Shown here one piece after another: positions 18,186-28,391 of a DNA stretch of 64,000 nt (positions within the stretch are counted from its first letter, which is position 1; every line of letters starts with the position of its first letter). The notes beneath the pieces were generated by a model, which had not been told where the DNA came from, made no database searches, and worked only from the letters and a program-made list of their open reading frames with translations. Origin of the DNA: a virus; the IMG/VR virus record IMGVR_UViG_3300033121_000149, positions 1-64,000 of that record, one strand, 5' to 3'. A program made the position numbers and the translations under genes.

Positions 18186-18867
18186 AAATACTGGAGATCG
18201 AAATAACGAAAACGGTATTCTATTCTTAGTTGAGTTTATGTTCTTATCAGAGTTTAGAACAGACGACGATGTAGCTGATAAGTTCAACGACGTTGTTAAA
18301 CGTTTAGAAGTAGAAAAAGGTCTTTATGATAGAGGTGCTCTTGATGGTATGATTACATCTATTAATGGTGTTGACTTACCTAAAAGAACTATTTCCCATG
18401 ATAATATATCAGCAATATCAGCAGGTTCTAGATTAATCAACGATCTAACTAATGGTCAAGAATGTTTCTTTCATCATGATATAGCAGAGTATGGTTTGAA
18501 ACATTTCTTCGTATTTAATAATAACCGTAAAGGATTTCGAGCACCTATGAATCCCGGTAATTATTCTATATGGTTAGCGTTAGGTCAAAGAGCATTAATT
18601 CTACAAATACTATTTTTACCGTTCTATCTTATAAACTTTTTTATAACCAATAATAAACCAGCTAATGAAACGTCGGGAAAACTATTAAACTTTGTTGAAT
18701 TATACCCATTGCGTAAAAAGTTTTTTTGGAGTATGATGTATAAAGTATATACAAGCATGATGCGACGTATGTACGACAAAGATTACATGGTTAAACTAAC
18801 TGAGATTTATTTTAAGGATGAAAAACATCCAGTTAGGATAGCCTCTTTGTTATTCCAAGAGGATTAA
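18127..18867 (+). CDS. hypothetical protein (about 246 aa)
   Basis: GAGGAGAAAAAATG RBS. Confidence 0.55.
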   Translation: MKLLDDYYNPVHGLELEPNKNTGDRNNENGILFLVEFMFLSEFRTDDDVADKFNDVVKRLEVEKGLYDRGALDGMITSINGVDLPKRTISHDNISAISAGSRLINDLTNGQECFFHHDIAEYGLKHFFVFNNNRKGFRAPMNPGNYSIWLALGQRALILQILFLPFYLINFFITNNKPANETSGKLLNFVELYPLRKKFFWSMMYKVYTSMMRRMYDKDYMVKLTEIYFKDEKHPVRIASLLFQED

Positions 18868-18868
18868 C

Positions 18869-19048
18869 ATGAAACAACAAAATATTAGTGACGAGTTGTT
18901 TATACAACTTAGAGGTAATTTAATAAATCAGTTACGTTTTAGTCTGTATGGATTACCTTATTATAAATATCAACATGAATATTACGCATTTTTATATCAC
19001 AAATTATATGATAGTATTTACTTTAATAGTCTAGGAGAAATTTTATGA
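18869..19048 (+). CDS. MKQENIS-family minigene without array (MKQQNISDELF, 59 aa)
   Basis: Conserved 5' end; ATGA overlap at 19045. Confidence 0.4.
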   Translation: MKQQNISDELFIQLRGNLINQLRFSLYGLPYYKYQHEYYAFLYHKLYDSIYFNSLGEIL

Positions 19049-19293
19049 GAAAAGAACTAACAGTATATGTCCCAACAACGGAAGACGGTGAAGAAGTTTC
19101 ATTGAAAGGTATTTCACCTGATGGTAAAATAGTGTTATTCGAATTAGCTGGAGTAGGTAGATTCGCCATCAATTCAGATGAATTAAAGAAAGCTTTTATG
19201 GAAATTGAAATCTTTCAAAGTGTTAATAAAAAACAAGAGACACCTGTTCAGCAAATAGACTTTATCGATTGTAATGTGGAGTTTGGATCGTAA
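19045..19293 (+). CDS. hypothetical protein (82 aa)
   Basis: ORF. Confidence 0.5.
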   Translation: MRKELTVYVPTTEDGEEVSLKGISPDGKIVLFELAGVGRFAINSDELKKAFMEIEIFQSVNKKQETPVQQIDFIDCNVEFGS

Positions 19294-20156
19294 TGAATAT
19301 AACAATACTTGTAGGACCACCGGGGTCTGGAAAATCAACATATTGTAAGACATTACTAAATCATGTTCGTATATCTCAAGACGATATGGGAAGAGACGGA
19401 CATTTAAAACAATTCAATGAAGCATTAGAACAAGGTAAAGATATTGTTGTAGATAGAATGAATTTCAATAAGTCACAACGAGCTAGATACTTAAATCCAG
19501 CTAAAGAAAAAGGATACACTACAACTATTGTAGTATTTTATAAAAGCTTTGATAGATGTTTATCAGCTTGTATGGAAAGACCTGAACATCCTACTATCAA
19601 AACATTACAATCAGCTAACGATGCTTTACATAGATTTTTTAAAGATTATCAATTTGTAACAGAAGATGAGGCTGACAGTATTGTAAGGGTAGATGATGAA
19701 GTGTTTCATAAAAAGAACGCAGTTCTTGTTGATTTAGATGGGACTCTTTGTGATATCGAACATAGATTACACTTTGTTAGAACTGATGGGAAAAAGGATT
19801 GGAAAGGATTTTTTGAAGGTATTATTAACGATAGGTTAAATCAAAACATTTATGAAATTGTTGACGAAGAGTATTTCTTAAAAGGTAGGTCAGTCATACT
19901 TTGTTCAGGTAGACCTGATGACTATAGAGGTATTACTGAAACATGGTTAAAGAATAAAGACGTTCAATATACTAAGTTATTGATGAGACAAAGGAACGAC
20001 TTTAGACAGGACGATATTGTAAAACAAATTATATATGAGTTTGACATAAGACCTTACTATAATGTAAAATATGTTTTAGATGATCGCAACCAAGTTGTTA
20101 ATATGTGGCGTAGAAATGGATTAACATGTTTACAGGTCGCTGAAGGGAATTTTTAA
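19293..20156 (+). CDS. pnk: polynucleotide kinase/phosphatase (P-loop kinase + HAD phosphatase), T4 Pnk-like
   Basis: Walker A GPPGSGKST at N-terminus; DxDGT (VLVDLDGTLCD) HAD motif I in C-terminal half. Confidence 0.65.
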   Translation: MNITILVGPPGSGKSTYCKTLLNHVRISQDDMGRDGHLKQFNEALEQGKDIVVDRMNFNKSQRARYLNPAKEKGYTTTIVVFYKSFDRCLSACMERPEHPTIKTLQSANDALHRFFKDYQFVTEDEADSIVRVDDEVFHKKNAVLVDLDGTLCDIEHRLHFVRTDGKKDWKGFFEGIINDRLNQNIYEIVDEEYFLKGRSVILCSGRPDDYRGITETWLKNKDVQYTKLLMRQRNDFRQDDIVKQIIYEFDIRPYYNVKYVLDDRNQVVNMWRRNGLTCLQVAEGNF

Positions 20157-20157
20157 C

Positions 20158-20319
20158 ATGAAACAAGAAAATATAAGTAACGAGTTAAGGAACTCGCTAT
20201 GGTACTCGCTATGGTACTCGCTAGGGAACTCGCTATGGTACTCGCTAAGGGTCTCGCTATGGTACTCGCTATGGTACTCGCTAAGGGACTCGCTACGGAG
20301 GGAGTATGGAGAATATTAG
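20158..20319 (+). repeat. MKQENIS cassette 9. Minigene (53 aa), 9 repeat units
   Basis: Conserved ends. Confidence 0.85.
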
Positions 20320-20351
20320 TGACTTACTAGTTATGAGAGGTATAATTTAAC

Positions 20352-20600
20352 ATGGCTACAACTACTATAGTTAAACATACATGCGATGTCTGTGGAGATA
20401 CAGCAGATCATTTACAAATTAAATTAGATGTTATATTCCAAACAGAGCAGACAGAAGGTAGAAGTGTTCCTAACTATTTAAGTATTGTAACTATTGACTT
20501 ATGTAAAGAGTGTAAAAAACATTTATTAAAGGGTAATTATATTTTCGCAACAGGAGCCATGGGCTATAACAAGTATCGTTTTTTAGGAGACTTTAAATGA
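20352..20600 (+). CDS. zinc-ribbon protein (82 aa)
   Basis: CDVCG...CKEC. Confidence 0.5.
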   Translation: MATTTIVKHTCDVCGDTADHLQIKLDVIFQTEQTEGRSVPNYLSIVTIDLCKECKKHLLKGNYIFATGAMGYNKYRFLGDFK

Positions 20601-21553
20601 AATCTATAGTTAAGATGGAATTTGGTTCAATTGTTTATGGTACAAATACTCCATCTTCTGATAAAGATTATAAAGAAATATTTATCCCCGATCATCGTGA
20701 TATAATTTTAGGAACAACTAAAGACTCATTACAAGTAACTACTAAATTAGACAAGTTAGCAAAAAACACTGAACAAGATGTTGACATTGAAATGTACAGT
20801 GTACAAAAATATCTTAACTTATTATCACAAGGACAAACAGTTGCTACTGATATGTTATTTGTACCAGAAAAACATATAATAGAACATACATATGAATGGG
20901 CACATATTGTTAGCAATAAACATAAGATTATTAACAGAAACTTGAGTGCGTTTATTGGATATTCAAAAACACAAGCCAATCGTTATGGTATTAGAGGAAG
21001 TCGAATGGCTGCCGTTGAAGGATTCATTAATCTTATTAAAGATTTACCAGACAACGATAGAATATCAGATCATATTACTAAGTTACAAGACTACTTAAAT
21101 AATACAGAGTATTGTTCTATTACTCAAAATAACGATAATATATTAATTGAAGTTTGTAATGCTAAAGTTCCAGTTAGAGATAAAGTAAAACGAGCTAAAG
21201 ATCTTTACGTAAGTATTTATAATGAATACGGAAACAGATCAAGACAAGCGAAGGAAAATCAAGGAATCGATTGGAAATCATTAGGACATGCTGTTCGTAT
21301 ATGTGAACAAGGGGTTGAACTTCTAGATACTGGACATGTAACATTTCCTAGACCTAATGCTAAAGATCTTTTAAAAATTAGAAAAGGTGAATATTCATAT
21401 CAAGAAGTAGCAACTAGAATTGAAGAAGGTTTAGATAAACTAGAATCTAAAATTCAAACATCATCATTACCTGATAAATCAGACATTGATTGGATTAACG
21501 ATACAATATATTCAATATACTCTAAACAAGTTGTTGACAATCAACCTAAGTAG
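20597..21553 (+). CDS. nucleotidyltransferase-fold protein (318 aa)
   Basis: GS-x11-DKD motif near N-terminus (GSIVYGTNTPSSDKDYKEIF). Confidence 0.45.
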   Translation: MKSIVKMEFGSIVYGTNTPSSDKDYKEIFIPDHRDIILGTTKDSLQVTTKLDKLAKNTEQDVDIEMYSVQKYLNLLSQGQTVATDMLFVPEKHIIEHTYEWAHIVSNKHKIINRNLSAFIGYSKTQANRYGIRGSRMAAVEGFINLIKDLPDNDRISDHITKLQDYLNNTEYCSITQNNDNILIEVCNAKVPVRDKVKRAKDLYVSIYNEYGNRSRQAKENQGIDWKSLGHAVRICEQGVELLDTGHVTFPRPNAKDLLKIRKGEYSYQEVATRIEEGLDKLESKIQTSSLPDKSDIDWINDTIYSIYSKQVVDNQPK

Positions 21554-21578
21554 ATATATCTTCTATATGGAGGGTATT

Positions 21579-21791
21579 ATGAAACCAGATGATTTATTAT
21601 TAGAACAGTTACAAAACATTGACAAACAAATAGACGAAGAAGAAAGAGCTTTGTTACACTTAAACAAACAAGTAGGAAATAAAATATCTAAGATAGGTAA
21701 ACTAAAAGAAACTAGAAGTAAAGTAGTAGAAGCTTATCGTCAGTTATCAATTCATAATAATAAAGTGGAGGATAAAAATGAGCGAGTTTAA
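21579..21791 (+). CDS. small coiled-coil protein (70 aa)
   Basis: TGGAGGG RBS; internal Met start chosen over long upstream extension. Confidence 0.45.
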   Translation: MKPDDLLLEQLQNIDKQIDEEERALLHLNKQVGNKISKIGKLKETRSKVVEAYRQLSIHNNKVEDKNERV

Positions 21792-23004
21792 AACGTGCTT
21801 TACTCGAATACGTGAGATTAATCCACACAATAACGCAGATGCGTTAGAAATCGCTACAGTATATGGGTTTCAAGTTGTTGTACGTAAAGGTTCTTTTCAT
21901 CAAGGGGATTTTGTTTTATACATTCCTATTGATTCAGTAATACCTGTTGATTTAGAGTCAATAATTTTCGGACCTGATTCGAAAATTAAACTCGATAAAC
22001 AACGAGTTAAACAAATTCGTATTAGAAAATTTGCATCTCAAGGTATGTTGATAAGTCCGTCTGATATACATAAACTTTTAGAACAACGTGGGTTAAAATC
22101 TAGAATGGATTTCAAATTAGAACACGACTATAAGGAATTACTAGGTATTATTAAATACGAACCCCCTGTACCTGAGTTTCAACGTATTCAAGGTGATAAG
22201 AAAACACGTAACAAACCATTAGAGAATCCGTTGTTCCATAAATATAACGGATTAGATAATGTTAAATGGTTTCCTGATTTATTTAAACCAGACGAAGATG
22301 TTGTTATTCAAGAAAAGCTTCACGGTTCAGCAGCTAGGATATGTTTACTACCTACTACAACACCATCGTTTAGACATATCAAGGATGTTTTCTTAACTAT
22401 CAAGGACTCTCCTGATAAGGTTGCAGTATTACGTCAAACATTCGGATTAATTAAAAGATATGTTGCAGGTAAATTAAAACTGTTACCGAGATATGAGTAT
22501 GGTTATGGAAGTAATAATGTTGAATTAACACATAGAGTCGGATATAAAGGATTTTACGGTGAAGATATTTATGGAGCAACTTTTAAACGAGTAGATGCGT
22601 TCAATAAAATACAACACGATGAAATTGTATTCGGTGAAATTATCGGAGAAGGTATTCAAAAGAACTATCATTACGGACATAAACAACACCACTTTGTTGT
22701 ATATGATGTTAAACGATTAAATGAAGATGGAACATTTACATGGCTTCCACCTGAAGACGTTGAGAATTATGCTAAGAGTAGAGGATTTGATTTTGTTCCA
22801 GTATTGTATAAAGGAAAGTTCAATAAAGAATTAGCTTACGAACTTACTAAAGGTAATTCAGTTTATTGTCCTGAACAAAAGATACGAGAAGGTATTGTTA
22901 TTAAATCGGTTAATTATAACGATCCTAGTATGTCTTCATGTAAACGTGCTTTGAAATGGATTTCGGAAGAATACTTGGATAAAGATAATACAGATTTTCA
23001 TTAG
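21778..23004 (+). CDS. ATP-dependent RNA ligase (nucleotidyltransferase superfamily; Rnl with N-terminal extension)
   Basis: Motif I EKLHGS, III FGEIIGEG, IIIa FVVYDV, IV EGIVIK. Confidence 0.6.
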   Translation: MSEFKTCFTRIREINPHNNADALEIATVYGFQVVVRKGSFHQGDFVLYIPIDSVIPVDLESIIFGPDSKIKLDKQRVKQIRIRKFASQGMLISPSDIHKLLEQRGLKSRMDFKLEHDYKELLGIIKYEPPVPEFQRIQGDKKTRNKPLENPLFHKYNGLDNVKWFPDLFKPDEDVVIQEKLHGSAARICLLPTTTPSFRHIKDVFLTIKDSPDKVAVLRQTFGLIKRYVAGKLKLLPRYEYGYGSNNVELTHRVGYKGFYGEDIYGATFKRVDAFNKIQHDEIVFGEIIGEGIQKNYHYGHKQHHFVVYDVKRLNEDGTFTWLPPEDVENYAKSRGFDFVPVLYKGKFNKELAYELTKGNSVYCPEQKIREGIVIKSVNYNDPSMSSCKRALKWISEEYLDKDNTDFH

Positions 23005-23011
23005 AGGTTAT

Positions 23012-23293
23012 ATGACTAAAAAAGAATTTATTAATAGGATAGATAAAGTTATAAAGAAAACAAATAATTATAATTGGTCTTATACATGTTGGAATATGTA
23101 CGAACATTTCCCTACAGACTTCATTAAAAAATATTATAAAAAATATATAAGAACATTTCTTACAAAACCAAATGAATTAATCAGTGTTGAGTATAAAGAC
23201 ACACGTTACACATACAAAACTATACGTATTTTTTTATTAACGTCATTTAGAGAAGAATGTTTACGAACAGGTATATATAAAGATATTTATTAA
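23012..23293 (+). CDS. hypothetical protein (93 aa)
   Basis: ORF. Confidence 0.5.
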   Translation: MTKKEFINRIDKVIKKTNNYNWSYTCWNMYEHFPTDFIKKYYKKYIRTFLTKPNELISVEYKDTRYTYKTIRIFLLTSFREECLRTGIYKDIY

Positions 23294-23294
23294 C

Positions 23295-23411
23295 ATGATG
23301 ACATTGTTTCTATTTTTAACAGGATTTCAAAAAATTGTACCTAAATTAATACTAGGTATTGTATGTGATCTATGTATAGCGTTGATAATAGCTAACACAA
23401 TAAAAGGATAA
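23295..23411 (+). CDS. hydrophobic minigene (38 aa)
   Basis: MMTLFLFLTGF...; fills intergenic gap. Confidence 0.3.
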   Translation: MMTLFLFLTGFQKIVPKLILGIVCDLCIALIIANTIKG

Positions 23412-23412
23412 T

Positions 23413-23685
23413 ATGAAAAAAGTATATAGAGTTTATACTAACAAAGACAGATTAGAAAGTGAATTTAATATGTGGAAGACATTAAATCAATCTTATATCA
23501 ATAAAATAAACGAAACCAAGAAAATTCTTTATTATAAAGAAGGTACTGATCTCCATTTTATAATGTACACTAAAGAAAAACTAAAGGGTTTAAGTAATTG
23601 TTATGTAGAGTTAGATCTGATCTTTGATTTACTTTATTATGAAGAAGCTCTTGAAATTGCTAAAAAGATAAATGTTGACAATTAA
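23413..23685 (+). CDS. hypothetical protein (90 aa)
   Basis: AAAGGATAATATG RBS. Confidence 0.5.
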   Translation: MKKVYRVYTNKDRLESEFNMWKTLNQSYINKINETKKILYYKEGTDLHFIMYTKEKLKGLSNCYVELDLIFDLLYYEEALEIAKKINVDN

Positions 23686-23725
23686 AAATATATAAAGTAT
23701 TCTAATAAAGACATAAGGAGGGAAC

Positions 23726-24616
23726 ATGTCTAAATTAAAAGATTTTTCAATTTTCTTACAAAGTGGTTCTAAGTACATGCCTAGTACCAATCTATCAACA
23801 CACAATCGTCTACCGGCAGGTGTTTATAATGCTAACATGGATAGAGATGGTAATGTGTTTTTAGTAGAGTCTTCATTAAACTCTGACAAATTAATCGATT
23901 TACCTTCAACAGAATTTGAACAGTTAATTGGAGAAATGGAGTTCTTTTTAAAGCCTGAAACGAAATGGAAATTTAAAGAAATGGGCTTTTTATATAAACG
24001 AAGTGCTCTATTACATGGATTACCGGGAACTGGTAAAACGTGTATGGTGGCAAGAGTAGCTAATAAAGTAGTTGAAAACGGTGGTATTGTTTTAATGAAT
24101 CCAGATCCTAGAATGTTATCAGGAGCGTTTCATATTCTTAACACTATTCAACCAGATGTTAATACACTTGTGGTCTTCGAAGAGTTTAATGAAACTTTAG
24201 AAGACTTTGAAGAGATTCTATTATCAATCTTAGACGGTGAAGTTCAGAAAGACAATATTATGTATTTAGCTACTACTAACTTTATTGATCAAATCCCTGC
24301 TCGTATCTTAAGACCGGGAAGATTCAGTAGTGTTATTGAAGTTAAGTATCCAGATATTAAAGCGAGATTGGCTTATTTAAATACTAAGTTAAACGATCTT
24401 AAAAAGATTAATGAACTTGCTAATGTTACAGAAGGGTTCAGTATTGACGAAGTGAAAGAATTAGTATTGTCTACAGAATGTTTACAACAAGATGTTAAAT
24501 ATGTTATTGATCGAATTAAATTCACAAAAGGTATTGTTAAAGAGTTACCTGCTTCGTCGTTAGATAAACGTATGAAGCAACAAGTCCAACTTAATAACAT
24601 GATTAAGAATGGATAG
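23726..24616 (+). CDS. classic-clade AAA ATPase (296 aa)
   Basis: Walker A GLPGTGKT, Walker B VVFEEF, second region of homology ATTNFIDQIPARILRPGRF. Confidence 0.7.
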   Translation: MSKLKDFSIFLQSGSKYMPSTNLSTHNRLPAGVYNANMDRDGNVFLVESSLNSDKLIDLPSTEFEQLIGEMEFFLKPETKWKFKEMGFLYKRSALLHGLPGTGKTCMVARVANKVVENGGIVLMNPDPRMLSGAFHILNTIQPDVNTLVVFEEFNETLEDFEEILLSILDGEVQKDNIMYLATTNFIDQIPARILRPGRFSSVIEVKYPDIKARLAYLNTKLNDLKKINELANVTEGFSIDEVKELVLSTECLQQDVKYVIDRIKFTKGIVKELPASSLDKRMKQQVQLNNMIKNG

Positions 24617-24809
24617 GTCATCCCCCTCTCTTATTATAGGCGTTCTTATCGGAATAGTAGGAACGCTTTTAATAACTGGATATATTACAGAAAAGTATTT
24701 TATTAATAGACAATTTCTAAAAAACGATTTAATATACATAGAAGGAAAGTTCTTTTATCTAAAAGAGTATTGTGGAGAAAAGATTGAACACTGTATAACA
24801 GGACAATAA
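24609..24809 (+). CDS. small membrane protein (66 aa)
   Basis: Hydrophobic N-terminal segment. Confidence 0.45.
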   Translation: MDRSSPSLIIGVLIGIVGTLLITGYITEKYFINRQFLKNDLIYIEGKFFYLKEYCGEKIEHCITGQ

Positions 24810-24810
24810 C

Positions 24811-24948
24811 ATGAAACAAGTTAATATAAGTGACGAGTTATGGTACTCGCTAGAGGACTCGCTATGGAACTCGCTAGAGGACTCGCTATGGAACTCGCTA
24901 GAGGACTCGCTATGGAACTCCCTACGGAGGGAATATGGAGAATATTAA
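24811..24948 (+). repeat. MKQENIS cassette 10. Minigene (45 aa), 7 repeat units
   Basis: Conserved ends. Confidence 0.85.
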
Positions 24949-25081
24949 CAAAGAATTAGATACATTAATATATTCACAATTATATGAATTTTTAGTACAA
25001 CATATTGGTGTATGGGGGTCGTTTAGTTGTGTGTTAGAGTTTAATAGAAATAGATTAGAAGGAGAAATTGTTAATGAGTAA
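24935..25081 (+). CDS. MENIS-family minigene (MENINKEL, 48 aa)
   Basis: ATG in cassette end; overlaps RNR start. Confidence 0.35.
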   Translation: MENINKELDTLIYSQLYEFLVQHIGVWGSFSCVLEFNRNRLEGEIVNE

Positions 25082-26693
25082 AGATGTTTTTGGATCGTCA
25101 TTCGCTAATGATATTTTTTTACAAAAGTATTCAATGGACGGACAAGAAAATTGGGAACAAACTTGTCGAAGAGTTGTTAATGCAGTATGTGGACAATTAG
25201 TTGACGATAAAACAAAAAACAAGATTTTTAAATTTATGTTAGAACGTAAGTTTATACCGGGTGGTAGATATCTTTATTCAGCAGGTAGACCTTTTCATCA
25301 AGTAAATAACTGTTTTTTATTAAGAGCAGAAGACACTAGAGAAGGTTGGTCTAACTTAATGCACAATGTAACATCATGTTTAATGACCGGAGGTGGTATA
25401 GGTGTTTCTTATTCTAAGTTAAGACCGGAAGGTACTAAGATAACACGAACAGGTGGAACGTCTACTGGACCGATAGCATTAATGAACATGGTTAATGAAG
25501 CAGGTAGAGGTATTATGCAGGGAGGTCAACGCAGAAGTGCAATTTTCGGAGGTCTTCAATGGGATCACCCTGATGTTTTTAAATTTATGAAGTTAAAAAA
25601 CCATCCTAAAGAATTAATGGAAATGAAAAAACGAGATTTAAATTTCCAACTTCCAATGGAACTAACTAACATCTCTGTTGAATATAATACTGAATTTTTT
25701 GTAGCTATTGAAGACGAACAACACCCAAAACACGAACTAGCAAAACAAGTATGGTTAGAAAATTGTAGACAGGCATTTGAAACTGCTGAACCGGGTATGT
25801 CTTTTAATTTTCTCAAAGACAATGAGAATCTTAGAAACGCCTGTACAGAAGTTGTGAGTGAAGATGATAATGATAAATGTAACTTAGGTACTGTTTGGAT
25901 GAATAGATGCACTGATAGAAAAGAGTTTGGTGAAGTTTGTAAATATGCCACAATTTTTTTAATGTGTGGTGGTATTTATTCTGATGTTCCTAATGAGTTA
26001 ATTAGACAAGTAGGACTACGTAATAATCGTATAGGTCTAGGGTTAGGTGGTATTCACGAATGGTTAATGACAAGAGGTATGAAATACGAAGTAACTCCCG
26101 AACTTCATAAATGGTTAAACGTATATGAACAAGAATCATCGTCAACAGCATTTATTACTGCTAAACAATTAAACGTGTCTGTTCCTAAAGGCGTAAGAGC
26201 TATTGCACCAACTGGTACTATTGGAATTATCGCAGAAACAACAACAGGTATTGAACCATTATTTTGTAAAGCATATAAACGTAGATATTACAAAGAAGGT
26301 AAATGGTTACATCAGTATGTTGTTGATGGTGCTGTTAAAAGACTATTAGAACAAGGTGTTACTGTTGAAAACATTCAAGACAGTTATGACCTATCATTCA
26401 AAGATAGAGTTAAATTTCAAGCTGATGTTCAAAATTATGTAGACATGTCAATAAGTTCAACTTGTAATATGTCACAATGGGGAAGTGAATTAAATAACGA
26501 AAATACTGTTGAAAAATATTCTAAAATACTACTTAAATACGCTAAACGTTTACGTGGTTTTACAGTTTATCCAGATGGTTGTCGTAGTGGTCAACCTTTA
26601 ACAAGAGTTGATTTACAGGAAGCATTAAATAACGAGGGAACTGTTTTTGAAGAAAAGGAAACAGAATGTGTAGGTGGTGTTTGTGGGTTATAA
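25074..26693 (+). CDS. nrdJ: class II (B12-dependent, monomeric-type) ribonucleotide reductase
   Basis: GGGIGVSYSKLRP, active-site NACTE, C-terminal CVGGVCGL redox tail; GGAG RBS. Confidence 0.6.
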   Translation: MSKDVFGSSFANDIFLQKYSMDGQENWEQTCRRVVNAVCGQLVDDKTKNKIFKFMLERKFIPGGRYLYSAGRPFHQVNNCFLLRAEDTREGWSNLMHNVTSCLMTGGGIGVSYSKLRPEGTKITRTGGTSTGPIALMNMVNEAGRGIMQGGQRRSAIFGGLQWDHPDVFKFMKLKNHPKELMEMKKRDLNFQLPMELTNISVEYNTEFFVAIEDEQHPKHELAKQVWLENCRQAFETAEPGMSFNFLKDNENLRNACTEVVSEDDNDKCNLGTVWMNRCTDRKEFGEVCKYATIFLMCGGIYSDVPNELIRQVGLRNNRIGLGLGGIHEWLMTRGMKYEVTPELHKWLNVYEQESSSTAFITAKQLNVSVPKGVRAIAPTGTIGIIAETTTGIEPLFCKAYKRRYYKEGKWLHQYVVDGAVKRLLEQGVTVENIQDSYDLSFKDRVKFQADVQNYVDMSISSTCNMSQWGSELNNENTVEKYSKILLKYAKRLRGFTVYPDGCRSGQPLTRVDLQEALNNEGTVFEEKETECVGGVCGL

Positions 26694-26696
26694 TGT

Positions 26697-26876
26697 ATGA
26701 ATATAGATAAAATAAACCAGAAGATACTAGAGCTTAAAAATACGTTTTTAGAAGAAACAGGTGAAGATGTTGATGTCGAATTAAAGATCGATCCTAAAAC
26801 ATTTAACACGTTATTTCTTGAACATGTCACTAAATATATGTACCATTCTTTTACACCATTGTTTAAAAAGGAGTAA
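26697..26876 (+). CDS. hypothetical protein (59 aa)
   Basis: ORF filling gap. Confidence 0.35.
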   Translation: MNIDKINQKILELKNTFLEETGEDVDVELKIDPKTFNTLFLEHVTKYMYHSFTPLFKKE

Positions 26877-26879
26877 CAC

Positions 26880-27041
26880 ATGAAACAAGTTAATATAAGT
26901 GACGAGTTAAGGCGCTCGCTAGGGAACTCGCTATGGCACTCGTTAGGGTACTCGCTAATGAACTCGCTATGGCACTCGTTAGGGTACTCGCTAAGGAACT
27001 CGCTAGGGTACTCGCTACGGAGGGAGTATGGAGAATATTAG
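26880..27041 (+). repeat. MKQENIS cassette 11. Minigene (53 aa), 9 repeat units (some CTCGTTA variants)
   Basis: Conserved ends. Confidence 0.85.
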
Positions 27042-27159
27042 CAAAGAATTAGATATTGCTATGTGGACAAACTTACGTCAATGTCTAAGTACTTTACCAC
27101 GTGGAGGACATCGGTTGTGGTGTCATTTTAGAAAACTACCATTAAAGGATATTATATGA
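27028..27159 (+). CDS. MENIS-family minigene (43 aa)
   Basis: ATGA overlap with nuclease gene. Confidence 0.35.
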   Translation: MENISKELDIAMWTNLRQCLSTLPRGGHRLWCHFRKLPLKDII

Positions 27160-28262
27160 AACATTCACATAGTTCCGTAAACAAATTCACTGAATGTGCT
27201 ATGGCATACGACTTACATTATAATAAGAAGTATAGACCTAAGTATCATTCATCTGCTTTATTGTTCGGTTCAGCTATAGATAAAGCTGTTGAAGAATATC
27301 TGAAAACTAAAAACAAAGAAGTAGCTCGTCGTGTTTTTAAAGAAATGTGGGAAGAACAAGATATTAATAAAGTTAAGACACAATTAGCAACATGTACTAA
27401 TATTGTATATGCTAACAATGATTTCGATATAGAATTATTATCTCTTCAAGACATACAAATGTTAATGAAAGATTTTAACATCGAGAATGTGTCACAAGAA
27501 CTTGATGCTATTTATAAACAAAAAGACGTAATAGGTTTCAATAAACTAAAGAAAGAAAAGAAACAATTACTAAACGCTGCTAATTGGTTATGTTTAAGAC
27601 GTAAAGGGCTTCTAATGTTAAAGGAAGCCATTCGTGTTATTGATGAAAATATTGAAGAAGTACTAGGAACTCAAGTTAAAGTAAACTTATCTAACGATAA
27701 TGGAGATGAAGTTATTGGATATGCAGATGCTGTAGTTAGATTAAAAGGACAACCTAAACCTGTTGTAATAGACTTTAAAACAGCAACAAGACCATATGAA
27801 GATGACAGTGTACTTACTTCACATCAGTTAGCGTTGTATATCCACGACTTATCAGATAAGTATGAAGATACACGATCTGCTGGATATATTGTACTAAGTA
27901 AGATTATTCGTAAAAACAAGAAAAAGATATGTACTAAGTGTGGATTCGATGGTTCAGGTTCTAATCATAAAACATGTAATAATGTTATAAACGATGAACG
28001 TTGCCACGGTACATATGATATTGAATTAGACCCACAAGCATCTTCTCAAGTAATACTAGGTGAAATCCCATTTAGACTTGAAGATATTGTTATCGAGAAT
28101 ATGGATAATGTTAATCAAGCTATTACGTATGGTATAAAAATACGTAATCTACAAGCATGTAAAAAGCCATGGGGATTGTGTCCATATTTTAAATACTGTC
28201 ATCAAGATAGTATGGAGGATATTGTAGATATGAATAAAGTTGAGGAGGCTTCCGATGGCTAG
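27156..28262 (+). CDS. PD-(D/E)xK nuclease with Cas4-like 4-Cys Fe-S cluster
   Basis: N-terminal Cys, GYADAVVRL...VIDFKTA, C-terminal CKKPWGLCPYFKYC. Confidence 0.6.
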   Translation: MKHSHSSVNKFTECAMAYDLHYNKKYRPKYHSSALLFGSAIDKAVEEYLKTKNKEVARRVFKEMWEEQDINKVKTQLATCTNIVYANNDFDIELLSLQDIQMLMKDFNIENVSQELDAIYKQKDVIGFNKLKKEKKQLLNAANWLCLRRKGLLMLKEAIRVIDENIEEVLGTQVKVNLSNDNGDEVIGYADAVVRLKGQPKPVVIDFKTATRPYEDDSVLTSHQLALYIHDLSDKYEDTRSAGYIVLSKIIRKNKKKICTKCGFDGSGSNHKTCNNVINDERCHGTYDIELDPQASSQVILGEIPFRLEDIVIENMDNVNQAITYGIKIRNLQACKKPWGLCPYFKYCHQDSMEDIVDMNKVEEASDG

Positions 28263-28391
28263 TGTGTTTCTATTTTCAATAGCTGCGTATTTTTTTATTC
28301 GTTCTATGTTTGTTGACTTTAATATAAGTTTCGTGTATAGTATAACAGGATGGGTATTTTTCCTATTCGCAGTGTTATTAAAGTAGGGTAT

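Noticed and set aside
602-27041. Tandem arrays as CRISPR arrays
   Set aside because: Unit is 12 bp with no unique spacers and no leader or cas genes. The arrays lie inside small ORFs with conserved coding ends.
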